Origin: Acidobacteriota bacterium
GTDB lineage: Bacteria > Acidobacteriota > Polarisedimenticolia > Gp22-AA2
Length of the DNA: 37,587 nt
Assembly: GCA_041482595.1 (NCBI GenBank)
Contig: JBGPED010000003.1
Location: 1-37,587, forward strand
Direction of reading: 5' to 3'
Of the stretch, positions 19,433 to 28,711 are shown one piece after another. A program made the position numbers and the translations under genes. Within the stretch, counting starts at the first letter, position 1, and each line of letters opens with the position of its first letter. The notes beneath the pieces are model-generated. The model was not told the DNA's origin and made no database searches. It saw only the letters and a list, made by a program, of their open reading frames with translations.

Positions 19433-20101
19433 TCAGCGACCGCCGGAGATCGACGGGAGGAACGTCAGGAGGTCCGAGAAGCGGTGGAGCAGGCGATCGG
19501 GACGTGCCTCGAGAAGCGCGTCGCGCGTCGCCGATCCCGTGGGAACCGCGAATACCGCCACGCCGGCGCGCCGGCCGACCTCCACGTCCAGAGGCATGTC
19601 ACCGACGTACACGACCTCCTCGGGCGAGAGTCCGATGCGCATGATGATGATCTCGAGCATCTCAGGGTCGGGCTTCGGCCGCTCCACGTCGTTCGGTCCC
19701 AGGACCTCGGCGAACAGATGATCGAATTCGAGGGCCCTCATGATGTCGCGCGCGAAGTAGGACGGCTTGTTGCTGGCGATGGCCATCTGATAACCGCGAC
19801 CGTCCAGCGTCTCGAGGGTCTCCTTGACCTGGGGCAGGATGGTGGTCTTGCGCTCGCACAGACTGGCGTAGGACTGCCGGAACAGCTTCACCCCCTCCTC
19901 GACGCGCCCGGGGCCGATGGCCTCGGCGATCAGGTGCTCGAGACCGTGGCCGACCATGGGTCGGACGTCCTCCACCGTGAAGGCAGGGAGGGAGAACGAT
20001 GTCCGGACGTGATTCAGGCTCTCGGCGATCGCCTCATAGGAATCGATGAGCGTGCCGTCGAAGTCGAAGATTATGCCGCGAATCAACTGCCGGTTCCCCA
20101 A
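19433..20101 (-). CDS. HAD-superfamily hydrolase (phosphoglycolate phosphatase-like)
   Basis: FDFDGTLIDS, IASNK, KPDPEML, VYVGDMPLD motifs. Promoter TTGATC-18-TAGGAT lies immediately upstream. Confidence 0.92.
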   Translation of the reverse strand: MGNRQLIRGIIFDFDGTLIDSYEAIAESLNHVRTSFSLPAFTVEDVRPMVGHGLEHLIAEAIGPGRVEEGVKLFRQSYASLCERKTTILPQVKETLETLDGRGYQMAIASNKPSYFARDIMRALEFDHLFAEVLGPNDVERPKPDPEMLEIIIMRIGLSPEEVVYVGDMPLDVEVGRRAGVAVFAVPTGSATRDALLEARPDRLLHRFSDLLTFLPSISGGR

Positions 20102-20110
20102 GTGGCGCCC

Positions 20111-20203
20111 ATCCTAGCATCCCATCCGGCGCCGGATCAAGCCGAACATCGTCCCGGCAAATGAAGGTCTCTCAAAGACTTTCCGCGACTCGCATGCTAG
20201 AAT
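20111..20203. promoter_or_regulatory. Divergent promoters for the HAD gene (-) and the hem operon (+)
   Basis: - strand TTGATC(20140..20135)-18nt-TAGGAT(20116..20111) with TG extension. + strand TGc-TAGAAT (20198-20203). Confidence 0.55.
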
Positions 20204-20239
20204 CGCGACGTTGCGCCCGCCACCGTGCTCGGAGCCTCG

Positions 20240-21028
20240 ATGGACTGGAGTCTAGTCCTCCTTCGGATCGCCTTGGCGTTCTACTGCCTCGGGTTCATCA
20301 ATTCGTTTCTCCCGGTCCTGGGGCGCGTCAAGACCCAGCGCTTCACGCCCTGGCTCGCCGGCGCCGGCTGGGTCGCGCATACCCTGGCTCTCGTGGCGTT
20401 GGGAGCGGCGCTCAAGCGCTGTCCGCTCGGTACGGTCCCGGAGGTCCTGTCGGCCCTCGCCTGGTGCACCGTCCTGGTCTACCTCGTCGTGTTCTGGCGT
20501 TACCGGATCGAGGTCCTGCACGTCGTCATCCTGCCCCTGGTCCTGGTGGTGCTGTTCGTCTCGGACCTCCTGCCGCAGGACGTGATCCCCGTGACCGCGA
20601 CACTCAGGCCGTCGCTCCGGCGCTTCCACGTCACCGTGATCATCTTCGCCATGGCCGCGCTGTCGATCACCTTCGCCGCCAGCGTGGCGTACGTCCTCCT
20701 CGACCGGGCCCTCAAGAGCAAGCGCCCCGGGCGGTTTTTCGTCAAGCTGCCGTCGCTCGAAAGCTGCGACAACGTCGGCCAGATCTCGCTCCTCTGGGCC
20801 TTCCCTCTGATGACGCTGGGCATCATCACCGGCGCGATGTACAGCGCCAGCATCAGGCACACCTACTGGGCCTGGCAGCAGAAGGAGACGCTTGCCGTGC
20901 TCTCCTGGGTCATCCTGGCGATCGTGGTCGTGGCGCGCCTGGGATGGGGCTGGCGAGGGCGCAACGCCGCCCTTCTCACCATGTTGGCGTTCAGCGTCGT
21001 GCTGGTGCGCATCCTGGGGTTCTACTGA
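20240..21028 (+). CDS. Cytochrome c assembly family (CcsA/HemX-like) membrane protein
   Basis: About 8 TM helices, FHV, LPSLESCD, TLGIITGA, YWAWQQKE, WGWRGR. Located directly upstream of hemA. Confidence 0.85.
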   Translation: MDWSLVLLRIALAFYCLGFINSFLPVLGRVKTQRFTPWLAGAGWVAHTLALVALGAALKRCPLGTVPEVLSALAWCTVLVYLVVFWRYRIEVLHVVILPLVLVVLFVSDLLPQDVIPVTATLRPSLRRFHVTVIIFAMAALSITFAASVAYVLLDRALKSKRPGRFFVKLPSLESCDNVGQISLLWAFPLMTLGIITGAMYSASIRHTYWAWQQKETLAVLSWVILAIVVVARLGWGWRGRNAALLTMLAFSVVLVRILGFY

Positions 21029-21031
21029 GCC

Positions 21032-22378
21032 ATGCCCACCGTTTACGGCATGAACCACGCGAGCGCCCCTCTCCCGGTGCGCGAGAAAGTGGCGTTCCCG
21101 GAGCAGGAGCTGAAGGACGCCATGGCCCGTCTCAGGCAGGCGGACGGCGTGGAGGAGGCGTTCATCCTCTCCACCTGCAACCGCACCGAGATCATCGTCC
21201 ACATGCGACAGGACACGGCCCCCGGCGCGCTCGCGGGTTTCCTGGCGCGCGAGCGCCCGGTGAGCGGGGAGGAGCTGGAGAGGCACTGCTACCTCTACAC
21301 CGAGCGGGAGGCGGTGCGGCACGTGTTCCGGACGGCGGCCTCGCTCGACTCGATGGTGGTCGGGGAGGCGCAGATCCTCGGGCAGGTGAAGGAGGCGTAC
21401 GCCCTCGCGGGACAGGTCGGCTCGCTCGGACCGGTCCTCGACGCCTTGCTGCGGCGGGCGTTCACGGTCGCGAAGCGGGTGCGCACCGAGACCGGCATCG
21501 CCCGGCACCCGGTGTCGATCGCCTACGCCGCCGTCGGCCTGGCGCGCGATATCTTCGGCGACCTCGGCGAGCGCACCGCGATGATCGTCGGGGCGGGGAA
21601 GATGGCGCGCCTCGCCGCGCAGCACCTCGTCGGCAACGGCGTGCGATCGGTCTTGGTGGCGAACCGCTCCTACCAGCGCGCCGACGAGCTGGCGCGCGAG
21701 CTGGGCGGCCGGGCCGTGCCGTTCGACCGCCTGTTCGAGGAGATGGAGAACGCCGACATCGTGATCGCCTCCACCGCGGCGCCGCACCTGGTGATCCTCC
21801 GCGAGCACGCCCAGCAGCTGAGCCGCGCCCGGCGCGGGCGTCCGATCTTCTTCATCGACATCGCCGTCCCCCGCGACGTGGATCCGAAGGTCAACGAGGT
21901 GGACAATGTCTACCTGTACGACATCGACGATCTGCAGGGGGTCGTCCAGGCCGGCCTGGACGAGCGCCAGAAGGAGTTGAAAGTCGCCGAGTCGATCGTC
22001 GAGAGCGAGACCGAGACGTTCCTGTCGTGGATGAAGTCCCTGGAGGTGACCCCCACGATCGTCGAGCTGCGCCGGCGCCTGCACGAGATCGCGGACCAGG
22101 AGGTGGAGCGCTTCAGGAGCAAGCTGTCGGGCCTGACACCCGGTCAGGAGGAGGCGGTGCGGCAGATGGCGGCCTCCCTCGTCAACAAGCTCCTGCATCC
22201 CCCGACCCTGGCGCTGAAGCGCCTCGCCACGCAGAACGGCGCGGGGACGAGGGTCAAGCTGATCCGCGAGATCTTCGGGATCGACCGTCCGGCGGAGGCC
22301 CCGACGGAAGGCGGGACAAACGAAGAGGAGTCCCCTGACGGGACCACCCGGACCTCGTCCCGGGGAGACACCCGGTGA
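21032..22378 (+). CDS. hemA: Glutamyl-tRNA reductase
   Basis: GMNHASAPL..RE, LSTCNRTE, SLDSMVVGEAQILGQVK, GAGKM, DIAVPRDVD, NKLLH.P. Confidence 0.97.
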   Translation: MPTVYGMNHASAPLPVREKVAFPEQELKDAMARLRQADGVEEAFILSTCNRTEIIVHMRQDTAPGALAGFLARERPVSGEELERHCYLYTEREAVRHVFRTAASLDSMVVGEAQILGQVKEAYALAGQVGSLGPVLDALLRRAFTVAKRVRTETGIARHPVSIAYAAVGLARDIFGDLGERTAMIVGAGKMARLAAQHLVGNGVRSVLVANRSYQRADELARELGGRAVPFDRLFEEMENADIVIASTAAPHLVILREHAQQLSRARRGRPIFFIDIAVPRDVDPKVNEVDNVYLYDIDDLQGVVQAGLDERQKELKVAESIVESETETFLSWMKSLEVTPTIVELRRRLHEIADQEVERFRSKLSGLTPGQEEAVRQMAASLVNKLLHPPTLALKRLATQNGAGTRVKLIREIFGIDRPAEAPTEGGTNEEESPDGTTRTSSRGDTR

Positions 22379-22385
22379 CCCGCGC

Positions 22386-23315
22386 GTGAGGGCCATCGTC
22401 ATCGGCAGCCGGGGGAGCCGCCTGGCCCTGTGGCAGGCGGAGTGGCTGAGGAGGCTCCTGCAGGACGCCGGGTGCGACGCGCGCGTCGAGATCATCCACA
22501 CCTCCGGGGACCGCTTCCTGGATCGCTCGCTCGTGTCGATGGGCGGGAAGGGCGTCTTCGTCAAGGAGATCGAGGAGGCGTTGCTCGCGGGGACCGTCGA
22601 TGTCTCGGCGCACAGCCTCAAGGACCTGCCGACGTCACAGCCGGACGGTCTGACGATCGCCTGCCTGCCGGAGCGCGAGGACGCGCGCGACGTCCTCCTC
22701 GCGCCGGGCGCCCCGGGTCCCGCGGGGCTCAGGCCGGGCGCCGTCGTCGGCACGGGGAGCCCGAGACGCTCCTGCCAGATGCGGGCCCTCCGCCCCGACG
22801 TCACGATCAGGGACCTGCGCGGCAACGTCGACACCCGCCTCGCAAAGCTGCGGAAGGGGGATTACGACGCCATCCTGCTCGCCCGCGCAGGCCTTCGCCG
22901 CCTGGACATCGAAGTCGAGGGGACGGTGCTCGACTACGACCAGATGATCCCCGCGGTGGGGCAGGGGGCGATGGCGATCGAGATCCGCGCCGACGACCGC
23001 GAGCTGGCGGAGGTCCTGCGTCCCCACCACCACGCCCCGACGGCGATCGCCGTGGCCGCGGAGCGCGCCCTGCTGCGCGGGCTGGGGGGAGGCTGCCAGG
23101 CGCCCATCGCCGCGTTCGGGGAGGTCGCCGGGGAACGGCTTTCCCTGAGGGCTCTCGTCGCCGGCCCCGGCGGCGAGCCGCTCCTGAAGGAACGCCGCGA
23201 AGGGGATGCCCGGGACGCCGAGGCGATCGGGCTCGACGCGGCCCGGGTCCTCCTGGCGCGCGGTGCTTCGGCGCTGGTCCGGGGGACGTCCGCGCCCCTC
23301 CCCGACGGGCCGTGA
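22386..23315 (+). CDS. hemC: Hydroxymethylbilane synthase
   Basis: GSRGSRLALWQA, GKGVFVKEIE, HSLKD, GSPRR, LRGNVDTRL, PAVGQGA, GGGCQAP. Confidence 0.97.
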   Translation: MRAIVIGSRGSRLALWQAEWLRRLLQDAGCDARVEIIHTSGDRFLDRSLVSMGGKGVFVKEIEEALLAGTVDVSAHSLKDLPTSQPDGLTIACLPEREDARDVLLAPGAPGPAGLRPGAVVGTGSPRRSCQMRALRPDVTIRDLRGNVDTRLAKLRKGDYDAILLARAGLRRLDIEVEGTVLDYDQMIPAVGQGAMAIEIRADDRELAEVLRPHHHAPTAIAVAAERALLRGLGGGCQAPIAAFGEVAGERLSLRALVAGPGGEPLLKERREGDARDAEAIGLDAARVLLARGASALVRGTSAPLPDGP

Positions 23316-24871
23316 GGCGTCGCCGGCGTCGGCCGGGCACCGTCCACCTGGTCGGAGCCGGCCCGGGCGATCCGGGTCTGATCACGAGGCGCGGGCAGGA
23401 CCTTCTGTCCCGGGCCGACGTGGTCGTGGCCGACGCCCTCGCCGCCCCCGAACTCCTGGACATGGCACCGGCGGCAGCGGAACGGATCAAGGCCGGCAAG
23501 CGCGGCGGCAGGCAGAGCGTCCGCCAGGACACCGTCAACCGCCTGCTGATCGACCGGGCGCGGCGCGGCCTGCTCGTCGTGCGCCTCAAGGGGGGCGATC
23601 CGAGCCTGTTCGGGCGCGGCGGAGAAGAGGCCGAGGCCCTCCGGCGCGCCCGCATCCCCTTCACCGTCGTCCCCGGCGTTACGGCGGCCCTCGGCGCCGC
23701 AGCCTGGACCGGGATTCCGCTCACGCACAGGCGGCTCGCCTCGTCCGTGGTGCTCGCCACGGGCCATTCCGGCCCCGCCCGGCGCGCCGGGGCCCCCGAC
23801 TGGGAGGCCCTCACGCGCGCCGACACGCTGGTTCTCTACATGGGAGTGCGGCGGCTCCAGGGACTCGTCGGCCGGCTCGTGCGCGCCGGCATGAGCCCGG
23901 CGACACCGGTGGCGCTGGTCCGCTGCGCGACGCTTCCGGAGCAGGAAGTCGTCTCGGGCAGGCTCGGCGACATCGTGGCGCGCGCCCGCGCCGCCGGCGT
24001 GCGGCCGCCGGCCCTCCTGATCGCGGGGCGCGTCGTGCGCCTGCGTCGCAGTCTTGACTGGGTCTCCCGTTTGCCGCTCCACGGGCGCACGATCGTCGTG
24101 ACGCGCCCGCGCGACCAGGCGGGTCCGTTCGTGGAGGAGCTCCGCGAGCGGGGGGCGCGGGTCCTTCTGGCCCCGGCCATCGAGCTCCGGCCGCCGCGTT
24201 CCCTCGCACCGCTCGATCGGGCGATCCGGCGACTGACGTCGTACGACTCCATCATCTTCACGAGCGTGAACGGCGTGGCGCGCTTCTTCGCGCGTCTTCT
24301 GGAGACGAGGCGGGACATCCGCGATCTCAAAGGGATCGGTATCCTGGCGATCGGTCCGGCGACTGCGGCGGCGGTGGAGACGCGCGGCCTGAGGGTCGAG
24401 GCGGTCCCGGAGGACTACAGGGCCGAGGGAATCGTCGAACTGATGAAGAAGCGCCGCCTGCGGGGGGCACGGATCCTGGTGCCGCGGGCGGCGGTGGCGC
24501 GCGACCTCCTGATCACCGAGCTGCGGCGGTGGGGAGCGGTCGTCGACGTCGTCTCCGTGTATCGCACCGCCCCGTCGCGCGCCGGTGCGGCGGAGGTGCG
24601 CGCCGCGCTGCGGCGGGGCCGGCTGGACCTGATCACGTTCACCTCGTCCTCCACGGTGACCTCGTTCGCGCGCCTGTTCCGCGGCAGGACCGAAGCGCGG
24701 CTGATCCGCAAAATCCCAATCGCGGCGATCGGCCCGATCACCGCGGCCACGGCGCGCCGCGAACGGTTCCGCGTGGCGGTCGTTCCGCGCGTCTCCACCG
24801 TCCCCGACCTGACCCGGGCGGTGGTGCGGTACCTCAAAAATTCCCCTTCTGGAACTCCTCGAGCGTCGTGA
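23312..24871 (+). CDS. cobA: Uroporphyrinogen-III C-methyltransferase / uroporphyrinogen-III synthase fusion (CobA-HemD)
   Basis: N-half VHLVGAGPGDPGLIT, RLKGGDP..FGRGGEE, VPGVTAA. C-half PLHGRTIVVTRP, IFTSVNGV, IGPATA, FTSSSTV. Confidence 0.95.
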   Translation: MRRRRRRPGTVHLVGAGPGDPGLITRRGQDLLSRADVVVADALAAPELLDMAPAAAERIKAGKRGGRQSVRQDTVNRLLIDRARRGLLVVRLKGGDPSLFGRGGEEAEALRRARIPFTVVPGVTAALGAAAWTGIPLTHRRLASSVVLATGHSGPARRAGAPDWEALTRADTLVLYMGVRRLQGLVGRLVRAGMSPATPVALVRCATLPEQEVVSGRLGDIVARARAAGVRPPALLIAGRVVRLRRSLDWVSRLPLHGRTIVVTRPRDQAGPFVEELRERGARVLLAPAIELRPPRSLAPLDRAIRRLTSYDSIIFTSVNGVARFFARLLETRRDIRDLKGIGILAIGPATAAAVETRGLRVEAVPEDYRAEGIVELMKKRRLRGARILVPRAAVARDLLITELRRWGAVVDVVSVYRTAPSRAGAAEVRAALRRGRLDLITFTSSSTVTSFARLFRGRTEARLIRKIPIAAIGPITAATARRERFRVAVVPRVSTVPDLTRAVVRYLKNSPSGTPRAS

Positions 24872-27041
24872 TCCCCTGTCCGACCATGGACAGGCAGCCG
24901 GCGCGCAGCGGACTCATGCCGGCCCGGCGCGCCTCGCGCTCGATCTCGCCGGGCGATCCGCCGGCCGCGACGAGGGCCGCGATCTCCGGCGTCCCTTCCA
25001 GCACCTCCACGAGGGCCACCCGTCCGGCGTAGCCGGGGCTCAAGGGTCCGCACGTGTCGCAGCCGGCTCCCTGGGAGGCCTTGAGATCGAGAGCCTCGTC
25101 GGGGGTGAGCCCCATCATCTTGAGGACGCGGTCGGTGACCGGAGTGGACTTGCGGCAGGTCGCGCAGACCCGCCGCACCAGACGCTGGTTGACGATCAGC
25201 TTCAGCCGCGACGCCAGCGTGGCGGCATCAACCTGGTGCCAGAGGATTGCGGCCGGCGTCTGCGATGCCCGGCGGGCCTGGATTGCGGCGACGACCAGGC
25301 AGGACCCGGCGGTCTCGAGGGCGAGCTTCGCCATCCCGGGGCCTTGGATTTCCGGCAAGAACACCACCTCGCTCCCGGGGACGGCGGCGAGCGCGGCGCC
25401 GCACTTGGCTGCGTCGGGGGGGAACTCGACCTCATCCTGCCGGATCCCCGGGAGGGTGGCGAGCTGGGGCGAGTCGATCGACAGCGCGCGGCGGTGCTCG
25501 GAGGCGAGGTGCGCCATCAGCGAGTAACGCGTCGTCTCGAGACCGTTGTGGGGCGGGGAGCTCAGGACGACCAGTCCGTTCGGCAGCGCCAGGGCCTGCC
25601 TTATCCGCTCGAGGTCGAGGGCGCTCGGCCCCAGATCTCCGAGGGCCCGGAGGAAGTCGGAGCGCTCGATGATCTTCAAGAGAAAACTCGCACCCCCCGC
25701 CGAGTGGAAGCGGCGCACGACCACCTCGATCTTGCGGTCGCCCACCTTCACGGTCAGCCGGCCGGCCGCCGGCCGATCGCCGGACGGCAGCGCCGCGAGG
25801 GCGTTCAGGGCGCGCAGGAGACCCGCGGCGGTGGCCTGCGAGGAAAGCTTGGCCCGGAACAGGTTTCCGTCGATCCGGAAGAACAACGACACGGCCGTCC
25901 CACGGATCTCGAACTGCACGAGCGAAGTCCTCTTGGAGATCGCCTCGGCCAGGATCGCCTGCAGCACCTGCGCGTCGTCGCCGGCGGCCTGTGCGGGGGC
26001 GGCGCCCGGCGCGGGCGCGGCTCCGGCAGGGAAGGGCGGCGACGCGGATGGGACGTTGCCCGCCGGATCCAGCGCCAGGGGATCGACCGCCGGAGAGGGG
26101 GCCGCGTCCGCCTCGCCCCGTTCCGCGATCTCTTCGATCTCCTCTTCCACCGGCTTCGCCGCCTGGCGCGCCCCCGGCCTCCCCTTCGCGATCCGCGTGC
26201 CGCCTGGTGCGGCCGGTGCCGGCGCCGGGCGCCCGGCCCGAGGGGCAGGCGCCGCCGCATCCGGCGGGGGCGTCGGCCCCGGCGGCCGGCCGGCTCCCTT
26301 CCCCCCGGCGTCCACTTTCGGCGGAGCCTCGCCCGCCACGAGCGCCGCGTACTCCTCGGGGAAGAGATCGGCGAGGTGATCGAAGATGTCCTTCTCCGTG
26401 GCGTTCATCGGGATGACGCGGCAGTTCGTCAGGCTCTGCACCTGATCGATCGTCTCGACATCGGTGGGCCCCGCCATGGCGAGCGTCAGGATCGCCTTCT
26501 CTCCGATCTCCTCCCTGCTGATCGGCAGGATCTTCTTCCGGTAGCAGATCTCGACTGTGACCGCCTTCACGAGCGAGGCGTCCACCAGGCCTTTGGAGAG
26601 ATCGAGGGTCGTGCCCGGCGCCGGCGGCTGACGTTTGACGACGAGCTCGAGGTTGTCCCGCGACACAAAACCCAGGTCCAGGAGGGCCTCCTCGAGGGTC
26701 GCGCCGCGGTTCTGCTGCCAGCGCAGCGCCGACACGAGCTGATCGGTGCTCAGCAGGTTGGACCGGATGAGCGCTTCACCCGAAGACCCCGCCGCCTCCT
26801 TCAGGAGATCGCGCTCCTCCTGGAGCTCGCGGGGAGAATTCCTCCAGAAGGTTTCCTGGTATTCGGCGTCCGCCTGGCAGAAGCAATGGAAGCAGAAGGG
26901 ACAGAGCTTGGTGGCGCTCCGGGCGCTGCAGGCGCACCAGATGGCCGACACGGCGTCGAACTCGCCGAGGCAGGACCAGCACTGTGTCGGATACTCTCGC
27001 GGCACCACCTGCTCCGACGGGGAACCCTGAGGAGCCCCCAT
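24834..27041 (-). CDS. PilB/GspE-like secretion ATPase homolog with degenerate catalytic motifs, an N-terminal 8-Cys domain and an MshEN-like region
   Basis: FRIDG, IVNQRLVRRVCATC..GCDTC...GYAGRVALVEVL, ARRAGMSPLR...GITTLEE match the PilB/GspE fold. The Walker A position reads SPPHNGLETT. Confidence 0.85.
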   Translation of the reverse strand: MGAPQGSPSEQVVPREYPTQCWSCLGEFDAVSAIWCACSARSATKLCPFCFHCFCQADAEYQETFWRNSPRELQEERDLLKEAAGSSGEALIRSNLLSTDQLVSALRWQQNRGATLEEALLDLGFVSRDNLELVVKRQPPAPGTTLDLSKGLVDASLVKAVTVEICYRKKILPISREEIGEKAILTLAMAGPTDVETIDQVQSLTNCRVIPMNATEKDIFDHLADLFPEEYAALVAGEAPPKVDAGGKGAGRPPGPTPPPDAAAPAPRAGRPAPAPAAPGGTRIAKGRPGARQAAKPVEEEIEEIAERGEADAAPSPAVDPLALDPAGNVPSASPPFPAGAAPAPGAAPAQAAGDDAQVLQAILAEAISKRTSLVQFEIRGTAVSLFFRIDGNLFRAKLSSQATAAGLLRALNALAALPSGDRPAAGRLTVKVGDRKIEVVVRRFHSAGGASFLLKIIERSDFLRALGDLGPSALDLERIRQALALPNGLVVLSSPPHNGLETTRYSLMAHLASEHRRALSIDSPQLATLPGIRQDEVEFPPDAAKCGAALAAVPGSEVVFLPEIQGPGMAKLALETAGSCLVVAAIQARRASQTPAAILWHQVDAATLASRLKLIVNQRLVRRVCATCRKSTPVTDRVLKMMGLTPDEALDLKASQGAGCDTCGPLSPGYAGRVALVEVLEGTPEIAALVAAGGSPGEIEREARRAGMSPLRAGCLSMVGQGITTLEEFQKGNF

Positions 27042-27074
27042 GAGGGCACACGAGGGTCGAATCCCGGCCGGGCG

Positions 27075-27163
27075 AATATAGGGTCCGAGGTGCGTATTTG
27101 CAAGAAACGCAAGGACTTGGGAACAAACGTCTTCTTGACTGCCCCATGGCCCTATGCTACGGT
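27075..27163. promoter_or_regulatory. Divergent promoters for the pilB-like gene (-) and the gcv operon (+)
   Basis: - strand TTGCAA(27103..27098)-17nt-TATATT(27080..27075). + strand TTGACT(27135-27140)-17nt-TACGGT(27158-27163) with extended TG. Confidence 0.6.
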
Positions 27164-27187
27164 TACCGTTCTTCTTGAGGTGTCGTC

Positions 27188-28294
27188 ATGCCCCCCGCGG
27201 CCGGCCCCTTGAAAGCCACTCCGCTCGCCCGCCTGTTCCGCGAGATGGGTGCCCGCATGGTGGACTTCGCCGGCTGGGAGCTGCCGGTGCAGTTCTCGTC
27301 CGTCCTGGAGGAGCACCAGGCCGTGCGCACGGCCGCGGGTCTGTTCGACGTCTCCCACATGGGAGAGGTGGAGGTGCGCGGCCGCGCGGCCCTCGATCTG
27401 GTCCAGACGGTCACGTGCAATGACGCCGCGCGCCTGTCTCCCGGCCGGGCTCAGTACACCGTCCTCACGACGGACGCGGGAACGTTCGTCGACGACATCA
27501 TCGTCTACCGCCGGGGCGAGGACGATTTCCTGCTGGTCGTGAACGCCTCGAACACGGAGAAGGATTTCGCCTGGATCGCGTCGCACGCGCGCGGCCGCGT
27601 CGAGGTGACCAACGCCTCGGCGCGCTACGCCCAGCTGGCGCTCCAGGGTCCGCGGGCGCAATCAATTCTACAAGCCCAGGTGACGGTCCCCCTCGCCCCG
27701 ATCCGCCCCTTTCACTTCGTCGAGATCCCGCTGGCCGGAACGAACTGCCTCGTGGCGCGCACCGGCTACACCGGCGAGGACGGGTTCGAGGTCTACGGGC
27801 CGCCCGAGGCCGCGCCCGATCTCTTCCGCGCTCTCCTGCGCGCGGGCGCGCCGCACGGTCTTCTTCCCTGCGGGCTGGGGGCGCGCGACACTCTTCGCCT
27901 GGAGGCGCGCATGCTCCTTTACGGCAACGACATCGACGAGACCACGACCGTCCTCGAGGCGGGGCTCGACGCCGTCGTGAAGCTCGACAAGGGGCCATTC
28001 ATCGGTGCTGTGGCGCTGCGCCGCGAGAAAGAGAGAGGGCCGTCCCGCCGCCTGATGGGGTTCGAGATGATCGACCCGGGGATCCCCCGCCACGGCCACC
28101 CGATAAGGATCGAGGGCGTCAAGGCGGGCGCGGTGACCTCCGGGACTTTCGGTCCGACCGTGAAGAAGAGCATCGGCCTGGCGTACTTCCCCGCCCGCGC
28201 GGCCGGGGTGGGGACACGCTTCCACGTCGACATTCGCGGCCGCGATGCGCGGGCGGTCATCGTGCCCACGCCGTTCTACAGACGACCGCACTGA
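27188..28294 (+). CDS. gcvT: Glycine cleavage system aminomethyltransferase T
   Basis: [54 protein letters not shown]. Confidence 0.97.
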   Translation: MPPAAGPLKATPLARLFREMGARMVDFAGWELPVQFSSVLEEHQAVRTAAGLFDVSHMGEVEVRGRAALDLVQTVTCNDAARLSPGRAQYTVLTTDAGTFVDDIIVYRRGEDDFLLVVNASNTEKDFAWIASHARGRVEVTNASARYAQLALQGPRAQSILQAQVTVPLAPIRPFHFVEIPLAGTNCLVARTGYTGEDGFEVYGPPEAAPDLFRALLRAGAPHGLLPCGLGARDTLRLEARMLLYGNDIDETTTVLEAGLDAVVKLDKGPFIGAVALRREKERGPSRRLMGFEMIDPGIPRHGHPIRIEGVKAGAVTSGTFGPTVKKSIGLAYFPARAAGVGTRFHVDIRGRDARAVIVPTPFYRRPH

Positions 28295-28305
28295 GGAGGC
28301 TCCTC

Positions 28306-28710
28306 TTGAGCAAAGGGAACGGCATCTATCCCGACGACCTGAAATACACGAAGGAGCACGAGTGGCTGGCCGTGAACGGCTCCGTCGGCACGGTCGGCAT
28401 CACGCACTACGCCCAGTCCGAGCTCGGTGACATCGTCTACGTCGAGCTGCCGGCGGCGGGGTCTCCGGTCGTCGCCGGGGAGGAGTTCGGCACGGTCGAA
28501 TCGGTCAAGGCGGTGTCGGAGATCTTCGCGCCCGTCTCGGGCGAGGTCCTGGAGGTCAACGCGTCGCTCGCCGCAGGCCCCGAGACGATCAACAAGGACC
28601 CGTACGGCGACGGGTGGCTCCTCAAGATCAAGCTGGCCGATGTGAAGGACCTCGATTCGCTGATGACGGCGGCGGAGTACCGCAAGTACATCGAGGAAGA
28701 AGCCAACTGA
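28306..28710 (+). CDS. gcvH: Glycine cleavage system H protein
   Basis: YTKEHEW, GITHYAQSELGDIVYVELP, VESVKAVSE (lipoyl Lys), INKDPYGDGW. Confidence 0.97.
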   Translation: MSKGNGIYPDDLKYTKEHEWLAVNGSVGTVGITHYAQSELGDIVYVELPAAGSPVVAGEEFGTVESVKAVSEIFAPVSGEVLEVNASLAAGPETINKDPYGDGWLLKIKLADVKDLDSLMTAAEYRKYIEEEAN

Positions 28711-28711
28711 G

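Noticed and set aside
24834-24871. 38-nt convergent overlap of hemD and the pilB-like gene (also 4094-4107 and 14383-14386)
   Set aside because: Short tail-to-tail overlaps are common in compact GC-rich genomes.
25980-26340. Pro/Ala-rich stretch in the pilB-like gene as a repeat or insertion element
   Set aside because: In-frame low-complexity interdomain linker with no terminal repeats or periodic DNA unit.
27042-27187. Glycine riboswitch upstream of gcvT
   Set aside because: No GGAGA...CCGAAG aptamer core. The gap is filled by two divergent promoters, leaving a leader of only ~20 nt.
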